Source: an uncultured Burkholderiales bacterium (GTDB lineage Bacteria > Pseudomonadota > Gammaproteobacteria > Burkholderiales > Eutrophovitaceae). Taken from it: a DNA stretch of 64,000 nucleotides. This document shows positions 44,001 through 53,565 of the stretch, piece after piece (within the stretch, counting starts at the first letter, position 1; every line of letters begins with the position of its first letter). Location of the stretch: contig CAWUVH010000011.1 in the NCBI GenBank assembly GCA_963925895.1, positions 99,121 through 163,120 of the forward strand. Direction: 5' to 3'. The position numbers and the translations under genes are program-made. Below the pieces are notes generated by a model. It searched no databases. It was given only the letters and a program-made list of their open reading frames with translations, and was not told where the DNA came from.

Positions 44001-44493
44001 ATCCCTTAAATTAGGGAAAGAACCGAACATAGATATACAAATTCCACAAGGGACTGAAATCGTATTGCACACTCCAACACTTCTAACGAATAACTATTGC
44101 CCAGATGTTCATGAGCGCCTCATCATATATAAGAGACTGGCCAATGCGTCAACGCAAACCCAATTGGAAAAAATTGAAGAAGAATTGATCGACCGATTCG
44201 GATTACTTCCCCCCGAAACAAAAGCATTATTAGCTTCACATAAACTTCGTATTGTTGGGAAACTTTTAGGTATCTCTAAAATAGACTCTGCCCCCAATAA
44301 AACCAGTATTGCATTTCACACTGACCCACTCGTAGATCCAATGGAGATCATAGAACTGGTACAAAAGAGGAATGACATCCGGTTCTCCGGTCCTAGCAAG
44401 CTTATTTGCGAACATGAAAATGTTGACTTGGCAGAGGAGCGCGTAAGGTATCTACAAGAAATCTTGTCTGGGCTGACCCAACCTTCATCCTAA
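41074..44493 (+). CDS. mfd: Transcription-repair coupling factor
   Basis: 1139 aa; FPDWETLPFDTFSPHQDLISQRL, an RNAP-interacting region, helicase motifs GDVGFGKTEVA, DEEHRFGV and QLHQLRGRVGR. Confidence 0.95.
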   Translation: MLPSLQITQNGQRQTLKLNSRSGLSLLIANTATTRKSPLAVICQKASEANRLVEEIRFFNKDLRVHLFPDWETLPFDTFSPHQDLISQRLETLYQIDTKNIDVLVVPVVTALYYLPPREFLNSYVFFLKIKDTLDLDDFREKLQRASYSPVSQVLAPGEYAIKGGIIDVFPMGSVLPYRIDLFDTEIDSIRTFDVDTQRSIYKVNEIRLLPAKEFPTDDAARTKFRTKYREIVEGDPSKSLIYREISKGSNPPGIEYYLPLFFDEISPLLDYLDNDWTLILEGNLESEIREFWNDADSRYRLLRGEVERPLLDPARLFLREAEFFTEIKKFSRLKISTSQEPDNYFESLPDLSINRRLQDPLTNLKHFLTEHNKSVVLIADSPGRRETLKTLFHDHSISTEDIDEWKNELPRNKSLFISVGLLDHGFILKDSSLAIITESELYPQQTRVRSKRDRKTSSENLVRDLSEIRKDDPIVHLQHGIGRYKELIMLDLGEGDTEFLTIEYADGDILYVPVSQLEMISRYSGGPPETAPIHRLGSDKWDKAKKKAAKQIRDTAAELLNIYAQRASKQGLARRLDKTGYASFCEDFPFTVTIDQHHAIEDTIADLQSDKPMDRLICGDVGFGKTEVALRAAYVAVADNAQVAVLVPTTLLAEQHFQTFSDRFANLPVEIRELSRFRSRKEVIETIDGLKTGKVDIVIGTHKLLSKEIQFDDLGLVIVDEEHRFGVRHKEALKSLRADTDILTLTATPIPRTLAMSMEGLRDFSVITTPPEKRLSIKTFVMSFNRGMIREAALRELKRGGQIYYLHNEVDTIERELEKLNEILPEASIRIAHGQMHERDLEFVMRDFYQGRFNILLCTTIIETGIDIPTANTIIINRAEKFGLAQLHQLRGRVGRSHHQAYAYLMTTDGVKLKGPAKKRLEAIQLMEDLGSGFFLAMHDLEIRGAGEVLGDSQSGDLQEIGFQLYVDMLDRAVQSLKLGKEPNIDIQIPQGTEIVLHTPTLLTNNYCPDVHERLIIYKRLANASTQTQLEKIEEELIDRFGLLPPETKALLASHKLRIVGKLLGISKIDSAPNKTSIAFHTDPLVDPMEIIELVQKRNDIRFSGPSKLICEHENVDLAEERVRYLQEILSGLTQPSS

Positions 44494-44509
44494 ACGTATC
44501 GTAACAAGA

Positions 44510-44839
44510 CTAATCCCACCGATTATCTCGTATCAAGATGTGGTCATTTTCTATTTTTATCGGGAAGGTTGCTGTAGCCTCCCATGCTGGCGCACTCAGT
44601 GCTTCACCGGTTTTAACCGAGAATCTCGCCCCATGACGAGGGCAGACTACTTCATCGCCCTCCAATGGACAACCACTTAAGATCGCCCCATCATGCGTGC
44701 ACACGTCCTCAATCGCAAAGAACTGCCCATCCAGGTTATATATAACGACAATAGTTCCGTCGAGATCTGTTTGACACCATTTGCCCAACTGAACGTCCGT
44801 CACTGAACATACTTTTTGCCAATCACTCATAACCGTCAA
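44510..44839 (-). CDS. Rieske [2Fe-2S] ferredoxin, small soluble type
   Basis: 109 aa; CTHDG...(17)...CPRHGARF gives the C-x-H / C-x2-H ligand pattern. Confidence 0.8.
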   Translation of the reverse strand: MTVMSDWQKVCSVTDVQLGKWCQTDLDGTIVVIYNLDGQFFAIEDVCTHDGAILSGCPLEGDEVVCPRHGARFSVKTGEALSAPAWEATATFPIKIENDHILIRDNRWD

Positions 44840-44870
44840 CGTCCGCTTCTATAACCCATCGAGATCCGGC

Positions 44871-45440
44871 TTATACCGCTATAACGTCGATATTAGGATC
44901 GATTTCCCTTACTAAACTGGTAATACCAGCGAGTGTCCCAGATAAGGAACTGGGACAGCTACCACATGCGCCCTGATAATGAACGCTCAAAACATTATCC
45001 TCTAAGCCTACGACATAGAGATCACCGCCATCACTTTGAAGGTATGGCCTCACGCGGTCATCTAGCAATTCATTGATTTGCACCAGCTGAGCCCGTTCCG
45101 TTTCGGAAAGACTGGATTCATCCGTTTGAAGCCATGTGGCAGTTTTCGATGCTTCTTCCGACACCTGAGTTGCAACAGGCGCCAAACGAATTGGTTCGGC
45201 CAAAGATCGCATCAATTCTTTCCAATCGGCACTACCGTCTTGCGTCACCGTAATCCAATTATCGACGTAAAAAACAGATACCACACTCTCTATTTGAAAC
45301 AAACTAGACGCAAGCTCATCCCCAACCGCTTCTTCCGCTGACTCATATGACTTGGCCACGCCATAGGTTATAGGTTCTTTGAGTACGAATTTCCTAGCGT
45401 TTGGATTTGGGGTAACTTCTAAATCGGCAATTTTAGGCAT
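44871..45440 (-). CDS. Nfu-type Fe-S cluster carrier (Nfu_N plus NifU C-terminal domain)
   Basis: 189 aa; N-terminal TPNPNARKF motif; C-terminal D.V.P.L..DGGD plus the CGSCPSS CxxC motif. Confidence 0.8.
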   Translation of the reverse strand: MPKIADLEVTPNPNARKFVLKEPITYGVAKSYESAEEAVGDELASSLFQIESVVSVFYVDNWITVTQDGSADWKELMRSLAEPIRLAPVATQVSEEASKTATWLQTDESSLSETERAQLVQINELLDDRVRPYLQSDGGDLYVVGLEDNVLSVHYQGACGSCPSSLSGTLAGITSLVREIDPNIDVIAV

Positions 45441-45451
45441 AATTTTTTTAC

Positions 45452-45937
45452 TTAAGTTTTTTGGGTTCCTGAACCGGGAACAGGATCTTGATCACCTTCT
45501 GTAGAAGCTTCGTCTTTCGAGTTGATTGCTGCTGTTAACGTGTGCCAAGGTAACATCGCACATTTAACCCGTGAAGGTAGGTCACGAATACCTGAGAAAA
45601 CAGTAAGGCTCCCAAGCTCTTTTGCCTCATCGGCTGCACTGGGCCCAGTAGTCAACGACCGAAACTGCTCGGCCAATGCAATTGCATCGGCGAATGCCTT
45701 ACCCTTAACCTTTGTAGTCATCATCGAACCTGAAGACATACAGATGGCGCAGCTTTCGCCCTCATACTGTATGTCCTCTATTTTTTCGTCAACCACAGTC
45801 ATGCTTACCCATAGGTGGTCACCGCACAAGGGATTAATACCCTCGGCTTTATGTGTTGGATTCGTAATCATTCCCCAGTTTCGCGGCTTCTTACAATGAT
45901 CCAGGATCACCTCTTGGTATATTTGTTTGGAACTCAT
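45452..45937 (-). CDS. sufU: SufU-type (IscU-like, Zn-dependent) sulfur acceptor/scaffold
   Basis: 161 aa; LYQEVILDH.KKPRN, NPLCGD, CAICMSS.S; three conserved Cys; lies directly downstream of sufS. Confidence 0.8.
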   Translation of the reverse strand: MSSKQIYQEVILDHCKKPRNWGMITNPTHKAEGINPLCGDHLWVSMTVVDEKIEDIQYEGESCAICMSSGSMMTTKVKGKAFADAIALAEQFRSLTTGPSAADEAKELGSLTVFSGIRDLPSRVKCAMLPWHTLTAAINSKDEASTEGDQDPVPGSGTQKT

Positions 45938-45949
45938 ATTAATAATGTC

Positions 45950-47173
45950 CTAGCTGAATATTTTCTGTGCGTTACGGATGGAGGCAACGAGCTTGTCCAC
46001 ATCATCGATCGTATTGTACAAATAGAAAGAAGCCCGTGTCGTTGCAGGGACCTTATATCGCTGCATAACTGGTTGCGCGCAATGATGTCCTGTACGCACA
46101 GCTACGCCATCGTCATTAAGTAAGGTGCCTATGTCATGAGCATGCACGCCTTTAATATTAAAGGAAATGACTGCTGCCTTATTAGGAGCCGTACCGTAAA
46201 AAGTTATATCCTTAATATCCGACAATGCCTCTGTAGCATACTTGGTCAATACTTTTTCATAGCGCTCAATGCTATCAAGGCCAATCGCCTCTAAATAATC
46301 TATTGCCTCACCGAGACCAAGTGCCGAGACGATTGGAGGCGTGCCTGCTTCAAATTTTGCGGGAATATCGGCATAAGTAGTCTTTTCGAAGGTGACCGAA
46401 AGAATCATATCTCCCCCGCCTTCATACGGATTCATTCTCTCCAACCAATGACGCTTACCGTAAAGAATACCGATTCCGGTTGGACCACACATCTTATGCC
46501 CAGAAAAAATATAAAAATCACAGCCAAGATCTTGAACATCCACTTTCATATGAGGCGCTCCTTGAGCACCATCAACCAAAACTGGAATCTCTCTTGCATG
46601 CGCAAGAGCAACCATATCTTTAATAGGATTAACAGTCCCCAACACATTCGAGACATGAGTCACCGCAACTAATTTTGTTTTATCGGACAACAAACGCTCG
46701 TATACCTCTAAATCCAATTCTCCGATATCACTAATTGGAATGACTTTCAGCGTCGCGCCAACTTCGTCACACAATTGCTGCCAAGGAACGATGTTCGAAT
46801 GGTGCTCCATATGGGACACAATGATTTCATCTCCAGCATGAACGAACTTACGCCCATAAGCATGCGCAACCAAATTAATCGCATGTGTTGTGCCCTTAGT
46901 GAATATAATTTCTGAGGTATCAGCCACATTTAAAAACCTTGCCACCGTTGTCCTTACCGCCTCATAAGCCGCCGTCGCTTGCTCTGAGAGTTGATAAACA
47001 CCACGGTGAATGTTGGCATGTTCATACTGATGGTAATGATTGATACGATCAATCACTGATTGAGGCATTTGTGCACTCGCACCGCTATCCAAATATACTA
47101 AAGGCTTGTTATTAACTGACGTCGCTAAGACAGGAAAGTCCCGTCGAATGCGCTCAACATCGAATTCAACCAT
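45950..47173 (-). CDS. sufS: Cysteine desulfurase SufS (class II)
   Basis: 407 aa; HHSNIVPWQ, PLP-Lys SGHKMCGPTGIG, active-site RTGHHCAQP. Confidence 0.92.
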   Translation of the reverse strand: MVEFDVERIRRDFPVLATSVNNKPLVYLDSGASAQMPQSVIDRINHYHQYEHANIHRGVYQLSEQATAAYEAVRTTVARFLNVADTSEIIFTKGTTHAINLVAHAYGRKFVHAGDEIIVSHMEHHSNIVPWQQLCDEVGATLKVIPISDIGELDLEVYERLLSDKTKLVAVTHVSNVLGTVNPIKDMVALAHAREIPVLVDGAQGAPHMKVDVQDLGCDFYIFSGHKMCGPTGIGILYGKRHWLERMNPYEGGGDMILSVTFEKTTYADIPAKFEAGTPPIVSALGLGEAIDYLEAIGLDSIERYEKVLTKYATEALSDIKDITFYGTAPNKAAVISFNIKGVHAHDIGTLLNDDGVAVRTGHHCAQPVMQRYKVPATTRASFYLYNTIDDVDKLVASIRNAQKIFS

Positions 47174-47218
47174 ATCAATATCTCTCTCTTGTTCCCATTT
47201 AGATATACTTTGATGCTC

Positions 47219-48526
47219 TTATATTTTTGTTTGGTCTCGAATATAACTTTCTATAACCGCACCTAAAGACTTAATCGGCAAATCTTCAATCACCTCTTTA
47301 GCAAAGGCATAATTGAGTAAATTACGCGCTAAATCATCATCGAGGCCGCGAGACTTCAGATAGAACAATTCATCTTCGCTCACCTGCCCGACAGTTGCGC
47401 CATGCGCACACTTAACATCATCGGCAAATATTTCTAATTCAGGCTTGGTGTCAACTGACGCTCGAGCGCTAAGCAATAAATTGCGATTTTGTTGGCTGGA
47501 ATTCGTTTGCTGCGCCCCTTTATGAACCTTTACCTTACCGTTAAAAACAATCTTAGACCGATCTCCAGCAATGGTTTTATGAACCTGTATTGACTGCCCA
47601 TGAGGTTTTGTATGTTCGATGCATGAATGCATATCAACTATTCGCTTATCGTGTCCAAGCGCTAAACCTTTAATTGCAATATGACCCCCATCTTCACGCT
47701 GTCTCGTGACCAAATTATGTCTCGATACTACCGCTCCAACACTGACCGACCAGTTTTGATACGAAGCACCTTTATCTATGCCTACATGCGTATGTGCAAT
47801 ATGGTAAGCACTGTCATCATCACGTTGAAGCTTGACATGTATGACCTGTGATTCAGCTGCCAGTGATAACTCTGACACAGCATTGGTCATATAGCCAAAA
47901 CCGCCTATACCAATATAATCCTCTAGAACACATACTCGTGCCTGCTCTTCGGCGATGAGGAGCAATCGCGGATGATTGAAGGTATGTTTACCTGTGCTGA
48001 TATTTAAAATGTGGATAGTTTCAAAAGAATTACCATTAGAATCCGCATGAATCACGACGACATCTTTAAATAGCGCGGTATTCATTTCGCAAAACCCACT
48101 GACTCCATCACCTTCTAGGCTATTTAATCGGCGCTTTACCGATACCTTTAGTTGAGCATCGTTCAGTGCTGACTTCAGATTACAGACTCGAATTTTAGTT
48201 TGGGCTGAGCTCACAGTACTCAATGAGGGGGAGTAAACGCCATTCACCAGAACAACAGAACTACTGGCTTCTGGAATCAAAAATGATTTCACCACTGATG
48301 GGTCAATGGGTGTGTCAAGCGCTGAGGGAGTAAGAGTACTTTTATATAGCCCAGTCAAATCTGTAAAACGCCACTCCTCTTCCGAAGTTGTCGGCAGTGG
48401 GCACTTTTCAAAATGGGTACGAGCATCTAACTGACAGCTTTTTAACCAATCTTCTGTTGAATGCTCGACGTTAGCCCCATCCGCCTTCAACAAAGAGGCT
48501 GTAAACTCCACCGATTGCTGACTCAT
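47219..48526 (-). CDS. sufD: Fe-S cluster assembly protein SufD
   Basis: Beta-helix SufB/D family with C-terminal KCAHGATVGQ..ED.LFYL.SRG. Start set at the ATG at 48526, giving an ATGA overlap with the sufC stop; the track begins at 48559. Confidence 0.85.
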   Translation of the reverse strand: MSQQSVEFTASLLKADGANVEHSTEDWLKSCQLDARTHFEKCPLPTTSEEEWRFTDLTGLYKSTLTPSALDTPIDPSVVKSFLIPEASSSVVLVNGVYSPSLSTVSSAQTKIRVCNLKSALNDAQLKVSVKRRLNSLEGDGVSGFCEMNTALFKDVVVIHADSNGNSFETIHILNISTGKHTFNHPRLLLIAEEQARVCVLEDYIGIGGFGYMTNAVSELSLAAESQVIHVKLQRDDDSAYHIAHTHVGIDKGASYQNWSVSVGAVVSRHNLVTRQREDGGHIAIKGLALGHDKRIVDMHSCIEHTKPHGQSIQVHKTIAGDRSKIVFNGKVKVHKGAQQTNSSQQNRNLLLSARASVDTKPELEIFADDVKCAHGATVGQVSEDELFYLKSRGLDDDLARNLLNYAFAKEVIEDLPIKSLGAVIESYIRDQTKI

Positions 48527-49308
48527 GCTGCTCTCGAACGGTTTTCGTCCAGAACCCACTCATATCCTCGAGACTCAAGCTCATGCGCTAAAGACTTGTC
48601 CCCAGTCTTAATCACGCGCCCACCATCCACAACATGAATGAAATCTGGTTCAATGTAATTAAGTAGTCTCTGGTAATGAGTCACAAGCACTACAGCATCG
48701 CTGTCACCGTGCAGCGTGTTCACACCATTTGCAACAACCCTTAAAGCATCAATATCTAACCCGGAATCAGTTTCATCTAATATGGCGAGAGTAGGTTCTA
48801 AAATCGCCATTTGAAGGATTTCATTTCTTTTCTTTTCACCACCCGAAAACCCGTCGTTCAAACTGCGCTCCAAAAAGCTCGCATCCATACCAAGAAGGCT
48901 CAATTTACTCTGAATAAAGTCATCAAACTCAAGTGGGTCCAACTCGTCTTTACCCCTTGCGCCCTGAACAGTGTTGTATGCCAACCTCAAAAATGAACCA
49001 TTTGTGACACCGGGAACCTCGACTGGATACTGAAACCCAAGAAAAACACCCAGCTTTGCTCGTTCATCGGGCTCTAAGTCCATCAAACTTTGCCCCTTAA
49101 ACTCTAAAGTACCACCATCAACCGTGTAAGAAGGATGTCCGGCTAAGACCTTAGAAAAGGTACTTTTACCAGAGCCATTAGGCCCCATGATTGCGTGTAT
49201 TTCACCAGCTTTAACAGTTATATCAAAACCCTTGAGTATTTGAGTGCCATCAATACTAGCGACGAGGTTATGTACGCTTAGGATCGTTGCTGCATTCTTG
49301 ATAATCAT
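48523..49308 (-). CDS. sufC: Fe-S cluster assembly ATPase SufC
   Basis: 261 aa; Walker [27 protein letters not shown]. Confidence 0.95.
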   Translation of the reverse strand: MIIKNAATILSVHNLVASIDGTQILKGFDITVKAGEIHAIMGPNGSGKSTFSKVLAGHPSYTVDGGTLEFKGQSLMDLEPDERAKLGVFLGFQYPVEVPGVTNGSFLRLAYNTVQGARGKDELDPLEFDDFIQSKLSLLGMDASFLERSLNDGFSGGEKKRNEILQMAILEPTLAILDETDSGLDIDALRVVANGVNTLHGDSDAVVLVTHYQRLLNYIEPDFIHVVDGGRVIKTGDKSLAHELESRGYEWVLDENRSRAA

Positions 49309-50741
49309 CCAACACTTCCTTCCAGTTTTAGACCGAGTAATTTTGTTGCCTCGACCGCGAACTCCATGGGCAAGTGCATAAATACATCTCTGACGAATCC
49401 ATTAATAATCATAGAAACAGCTTCTTCAGAATCGATACCTCGACTCAAAAAATAAAACAACTGCTCTTCACCAATTTTTGACGTGCTTGCCTCATGTTCT
49501 ACGGTCGCGCTCTTGTTGGCGACCTCAATGTAAGGGAATGTGTTGGCGCCACAAAGATCGCCAATCAACATAGAGTCGCATTGAGAATAGTTACGAGCAC
49601 CATCGGCTTTAGGTGACACCTTCACCAAACCACGATAACTATTATTAGATTTTCCCGCTGAAATACCCTTACTGATAATGCGGCTGCGCGTATTCTTGCC
49701 AATATGGAACATCTTTGTTCCAGTATCAGCCTGCTGCATGTGATTAGTAAGCGCTACGGAGTAAAACTCACCCACCGAATTATCTCCAAGAAGAATACAC
49801 GAGGGGTATTTCCAAGTCACCGCTGATCCAGTCTCCACTTGGGTCCAAGATATTTTGGAGTTTTTACCTTTGCACAATCCGCGCTTAGTCACAAAATTAA
49901 AGATACCACCAACACCATTTTCATCTCCGGCATACCAATTTTGCACAGTGGAATACTTAATATCTGCATCATCCATAGCAATGAGCTCAACCACGGCTGC
50001 ATGCAATTGATTCGTATCAAATTGAGGTGCAGTGCATCCCTCTAGGTAACACACCTGGCTGCCCTCTTCTGCGACAATCAGAGTCCTTTCAAACTGACCC
50101 GAGTCCTGAGTATTGATGCGAAAGTAAGTCGACAGATCCATCGGACACTTCACACCTTTCGGGATGTAACAGAACGACCCGTCCGTAAAAACCGCTGAAT
50201 TTAATGCGGAATAAAAATTATCGGTATAAGGAACAACACTACCAAGGTACTTCTTAATCAGATCCGGATGGTCTCTGACCGCCTCAGAGAACGAGCAAAA
50301 TATGATCCCGTATTCCGCTAACTTTTCTTTATAGGTGGTCGTTACAGACACGCTATCAAAAACAACATCCACAGCAACGCCAGCCAAAGCCGCCCGCTCA
50401 TTCATAGGAATACCAAGCTTCTCAAAAGTTTTCAATAACTCTGGATCGACCTCATCCATGGACTTCTTGGTCGCCTTAGACTTCGGTGCCGAATAATAAA
50501 TTATGTCCTGAAAATCAATTTTTGGATATCTCACGTTTGGCCATTTTGGCTCTGTCATCGTCAACCAATGACGGTAAGCATTAAGACGAAACTCTAACAA
50601 CCAATCTGGCTCATTCTTCTTGCTCGATATCGTTCGAATAACATCTTCGCTCAAACCACGAGCCATTGAATCCGTCTCGATTTCGGTGTGGAATCCAGCC
50701 TTGTACGGCTGATTCACAATGTTATCAATTGCTGTACTCAT
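49305..50741 (-). CDS. sufB: Fe-S cluster assembly scaffold SufB
   Basis: 478 aa; very conserved SufB core ([39 protein letters not shown]). Confidence 0.95.
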   Translation of the reverse strand: MSTAIDNIVNQPYKAGFHTEIETDSMARGLSEDVIRTISSKKNEPDWLLEFRLNAYRHWLTMTEPKWPNVRYPKIDFQDIIYYSAPKSKATKKSMDEVDPELLKTFEKLGIPMNERAALAGVAVDVVFDSVSVTTTYKEKLAEYGIIFCSFSEAVRDHPDLIKKYLGSVVPYTDNFYSALNSAVFTDGSFCYIPKGVKCPMDLSTYFRINTQDSGQFERTLIVAEEGSQVCYLEGCTAPQFDTNQLHAAVVELIAMDDADIKYSTVQNWYAGDENGVGGIFNFVTKRGLCKGKNSKISWTQVETGSAVTWKYPSCILLGDNSVGEFYSVALTNHMQQADTGTKMFHIGKNTRSRIISKGISAGKSNNSYRGLVKVSPKADGARNYSQCDSMLIGDLCGANTFPYIEVANKSATVEHEASTSKIGEEQLFYFLSRGIDSEEAVSMIINGFVRDVFMHLPMEFAVEATKLLGLKLEGSVG

Positions 50742-50756
50742 ATTGTTAAGACACCA

Positions 50757-51089
50757 TCAGTTGTTTTCGTCAATCGTAAAACTCTCACCACAACCACAAG
50801 TCGCAGCAGCTTTAGGGTTTTCAACTTTAAATAATTCGTTTAACCCTTTTCTTTCAAAATCAAGGATTGAGCCGTCTAAAAATACGAGGTCAGATTTTTT
50901 TACAAGCAACTTCACATTTTCCGACTCAAACACCTCTTCGTCTGCAGCGATCTCGGAAGCTCGCTCGAAGGTATAACTCAGCCCAGAACATCCAACCGTC
51001 CTAACCCCAAACCTCAAACCAACCCCTCCTTCTTTATCTAAGGATCGTTGAATATGAATCGCTGCTTTTTGTGTAACCTGTATCGACAT
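50757..51089 (-). CDS. A-type Fe-S carrier (IscA/SufA/ErpA family)
   Basis: 110 aa; GLRFGV...GCSG, C-terminal CGCGESF. Confidence 0.85.
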   Translation of the reverse strand: MSIQVTQKAAIHIQRSLDKEGGVGLRFGVRTVGCSGLSYTFERASEIAADEEVFESENVKLLVKKSDLVFLDGSILDFERKGLNELFKVENPKAAATCGCGESFTIDENN

Positions 51090-51101
51090 AATTAATATGA
51101 C

Positions 51102-52247
51102 CTAAACCGTAAGTGAAACTAATTCTTTTAAACGCGAAACGATTAACTCTAAAGCTGCACTAAACCCGTCGCACTCTTCTTCTACATTATCCATTCCAAG
51201 ACTGAGACGCACAGCACCATGCACTAGTTCCTCTGGAACGGCCATCGCCTTCAGAGTTACGCTAGAACCACTACCATGACTCGAACACGCAGCGCCACTT
51301 GCAACTGCAAAACCAAGCTTATTCAACTCCATAACAAGCGTTTCACCCTGTATGCCTGGAACTGAAAAATAGGATGTATTACTTAAACGTGGCGAACCTA
51401 AACCATGGATAACAGCACCGATACGAATAAGCTGAGCCTCTATTTTATCTCGCAACACACTCACATGTGATCCGTAGCCGCTTAAATTAGACGCAGCTAA
51501 TTCAGCTGCCACACCAAAACCAACAATCGATGCAACATTTTCAGTGCCTGATCTAAGCCCAAACTCATGCCCACCACCTTTAATAAAAGCATCGATCGGT
51601 AATTTTTTATCTACAATCAACGCCCCAATACCCTTTGGGCCATTAATCTTATGAGCCGAAAGACTCATTGCATGAACGCCGCTATCCCCAAAGTTACAGT
51701 GAATTTTACCCAATGCTTGAATAGCATCTGTATGCATCCAGCCCCCGTTACTTTTCACTAGAGAAGCCAGCTCAGCAATAGGTTGAATTACACCCGTTTC
51801 GTTATTAACCATCATCACAGACACCAAAGAATCTCTACCGATCAAGTCAACCGACAATTGGTCTTTATCTACAATACCCTTTGCAGACACCGGAATTAAG
51901 TCGACTGTCCAGCCCTGTCTGCTTAAATGTCTAGCTGGCACCATAACGCAGGGATGCTCGATCGAACTGACCAACACTCTGCCTGGCGGTAAGTAGGAGG
52001 CCATCCCACTAATAAACATATTATTTGACTCAGTTCCACCAGAAGTGAAGATCACCTGGGAGGGCTGAACACCAACAAGTCCAGCAATCTTCTCTCTTGA
52101 CTCATTAATTGCCGATCGAGCAATTGTTCCAAGATCATGTCGACTCGATGCATTTCCATACTGATGCTGAAAGTACGGCAACATCGCGCCAAGCACCGAA
52201 TCAGCCACTCTCGTGGTGGAGTTATGGTCAAAATACACTTGCATCAA
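51102..52247 (-). CDS. Class I cysteine desulfurase (IscS/NifS-like, short form)
   Basis: 381 aa; YFDHN.TT, FTSGGTESNN, PLP-Lys SAHKINGPKGIGAL, active-site loop SGAACSS. Shorter than the roughly 404-aa E. coli IscS. Confidence 0.85.
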   Translation of the reverse strand: MMQVYFDHNSTTRVADSVLGAMLPYFQHQYGNASSRHDLGTIARSAINESREKIAGLVGVQPSQVIFTSGGTESNNMFISGMASYLPPGRVLVSSIEHPCVMVPARHLSRQGWTVDLIPVSAKGIVDKDQLSVDLIGRDSLVSVMMVNNETGVIQPIAELASLVKSNGGWMHTDAIQALGKIHCNFGDSGVHAMSLSAHKINGPKGIGALIVDKKLPIDAFIKGGGHEFGLRSGTENVASIVGFGVAAELAASNLSGYGSHVSVLRDKIEAQLIRIGAVIHGLGSPRLSNTSYFSVPGIQGETLVMELNKLGFAVASGAACSSHGSGSSVTLKAMAVPEELVHGAVRLSLGMDNVEEECDGFSAALELIVSRLKELVSLTV

Positions 52248-52693
52248 TTTCTTTTCTCGAACTTAACTGGCTGAATACCCTTCAACTTAAAAACTCGCCT
52301 TTCGACTAAGTCAGAAAGTCTTACAGTATCCATATAATCAAAAATATGCTCATTCAATCCTGTCCATAAATCATGGGTAATGCACTCTTTATCGTCCTTA
52401 CAATTCTTTAAACCACCGCATTGGGTCGCATCAACTGTTTCATCAACTGCCCTTATTATTTCACCAACGGTGATCGATGTAATCGGCTGTTTGATCCGAT
52501 AACCCCCACCAGGACCACGCACGCTTGTGACAAGTAAGCTTCGTCTAAGTTTTCCAAATAGCTGTTCAAGATACGATAAAGATATGCGCTGACGCTCACT
52601 GATATCGCCTAGCGCTACAGGCTTTGCTCCATCTTGCAGGGCAATGTCCATCATTGCGGTAACCGCAAAGCGTCCTTTTGTCGTTAATCTCAT
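52244..52693 (-). CDS. iscR: Rrf2-family Fe-S regulator IscR
   Basis: 149 aa; MRLTTKGRFAVTAMMDIAL and ISLSYLEQLF.KLR are collinear with E. coli IscR. Cluster ligands are retained (C-x5-C-x5-C followed by ITH). Confidence 0.85.
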   Translation of the reverse strand: MRLTTKGRFAVTAMMDIALQDGAKPVALGDISERQRISLSYLEQLFGKLRRSLLVTSVRGPGGGYRIKQPITSITVGEIIRAVDETVDATQCGGLKNCKDDKECITHDLWTGLNEHIFDYMDTVRLSDLVERRVFKLKGIQPVKFEKRN

Positions 52694-52763
52694 TGATTGA
52701 ACCCTCCGAAGGGCTTGGACTTTTGATTACACACGTAACCAGCCGAGCTAAAAATAGAAGCTA

Positions 52764-52796
52764 ATTGTATAGTTCCCGACTAATTTAGTCAACTAT
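52764..52796 (-). promoter_or_regulatory. iscR promoter with an overlapping IscR type-1 operator
   Basis: Minus-strand sense reads ATAGTTGACTAAATTAGTCGGGAACTATACAAT. It matches 23 of 25 positions of the type-1 consensus ATASYYGACTRWWWYAGTCRRSTAT (recalled). The core GACTAAATTAGTC is a perfect palindrome. Embedded are TTGACT (52787-52792), a 17-nt spacer and TACAAT (52764-52769), about 70 nt upstream of the iscR ATG. Confidence 0.6.
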
Positions 52797-53533
52797 TCGG
52801 CAGCCTTAGCCTTAGCCGAAAGTTGTTGTGAATCCGCGTGCTGCGACACATCAACACCCAATTTTTTAAGTTCGGCGAGAATGAACTCGAGACGCGCATC
52901 AATATATTCTGAATGTTTGAGTACACCATGGACGGCCTTGACCAAGGGGTCATTCACATCCTCGCCTAGCCCATATGAGGAGAATCCAGGATGCGCAGCG
53001 CTTTCATGCCCCCCCCTCCCACCCGCCTCAGCAATTCTTGCTGGTACCCCTATGGCCGTAGCACCATTTGGTACGTCACGAACAACCACAGCGTTGGAGC
53101 CGATCTTAGCGTTCGCCCCTATCGTAACTGGCCCTAGCACCTTAGCGCCGGCCCCGATAACAACCCCGTCACCAAGCGTAGGGTGACGCTTGCCTTTATC
53201 CCATGTGGTCCCGCCAAGTGTTACGCCATGGTACAAGGTGCAATCATCACCAATAATTGAGGTCTCTCCAATAACTACACCCATCCCATGATCAATAAAA
53301 AATCGATGTCCGATAGTCGCCCCGGGATGGATTTCAATTCCCGTCAGCCATCGTCCAATTGCAGATAACCAACGTGCAAACCATCGAAAATCAACGCGCC
53401 ATAAAAAGTTAGCGAGACGATGAAACAACATCGCATGAAATCCAGGATAGCAAGTCACGACCTCCCACGTCGTTCGCGCAGCTGGATCGCGATCAAAGAC
53501 AATTCGGATTTCTTCACGTATTCGACCAAACAT
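52793..53533 (-). CDS. cysE: Serine O-acetyltransferase
   Basis: 246 aa; [26 protein letters not shown] and left-handed beta-helix hexapeptide repeats. Confidence 0.9.
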   Translation of the reverse strand: MFGRIREEIRIVFDRDPAARTTWEVVTCYPGFHAMLFHRLANFLWRVDFRWFARWLSAIGRWLTGIEIHPGATIGHRFFIDHGMGVVIGETSIIGDDCTLYHGVTLGGTTWDKGKRHPTLGDGVVIGAGAKVLGPVTIGANAKIGSNAVVVRDVPNGATAIGVPARIAEAGGRGGHESAAHPGFSSYGLGEDVNDPLVKAVHGVLKHSEYIDARLEFILAELKKLGVDVSQHADSQQLSAKAKAAE

Positions 53534-53565
53534 TATTTTTCCTAAGTTTCGATTTGATCCCGATT

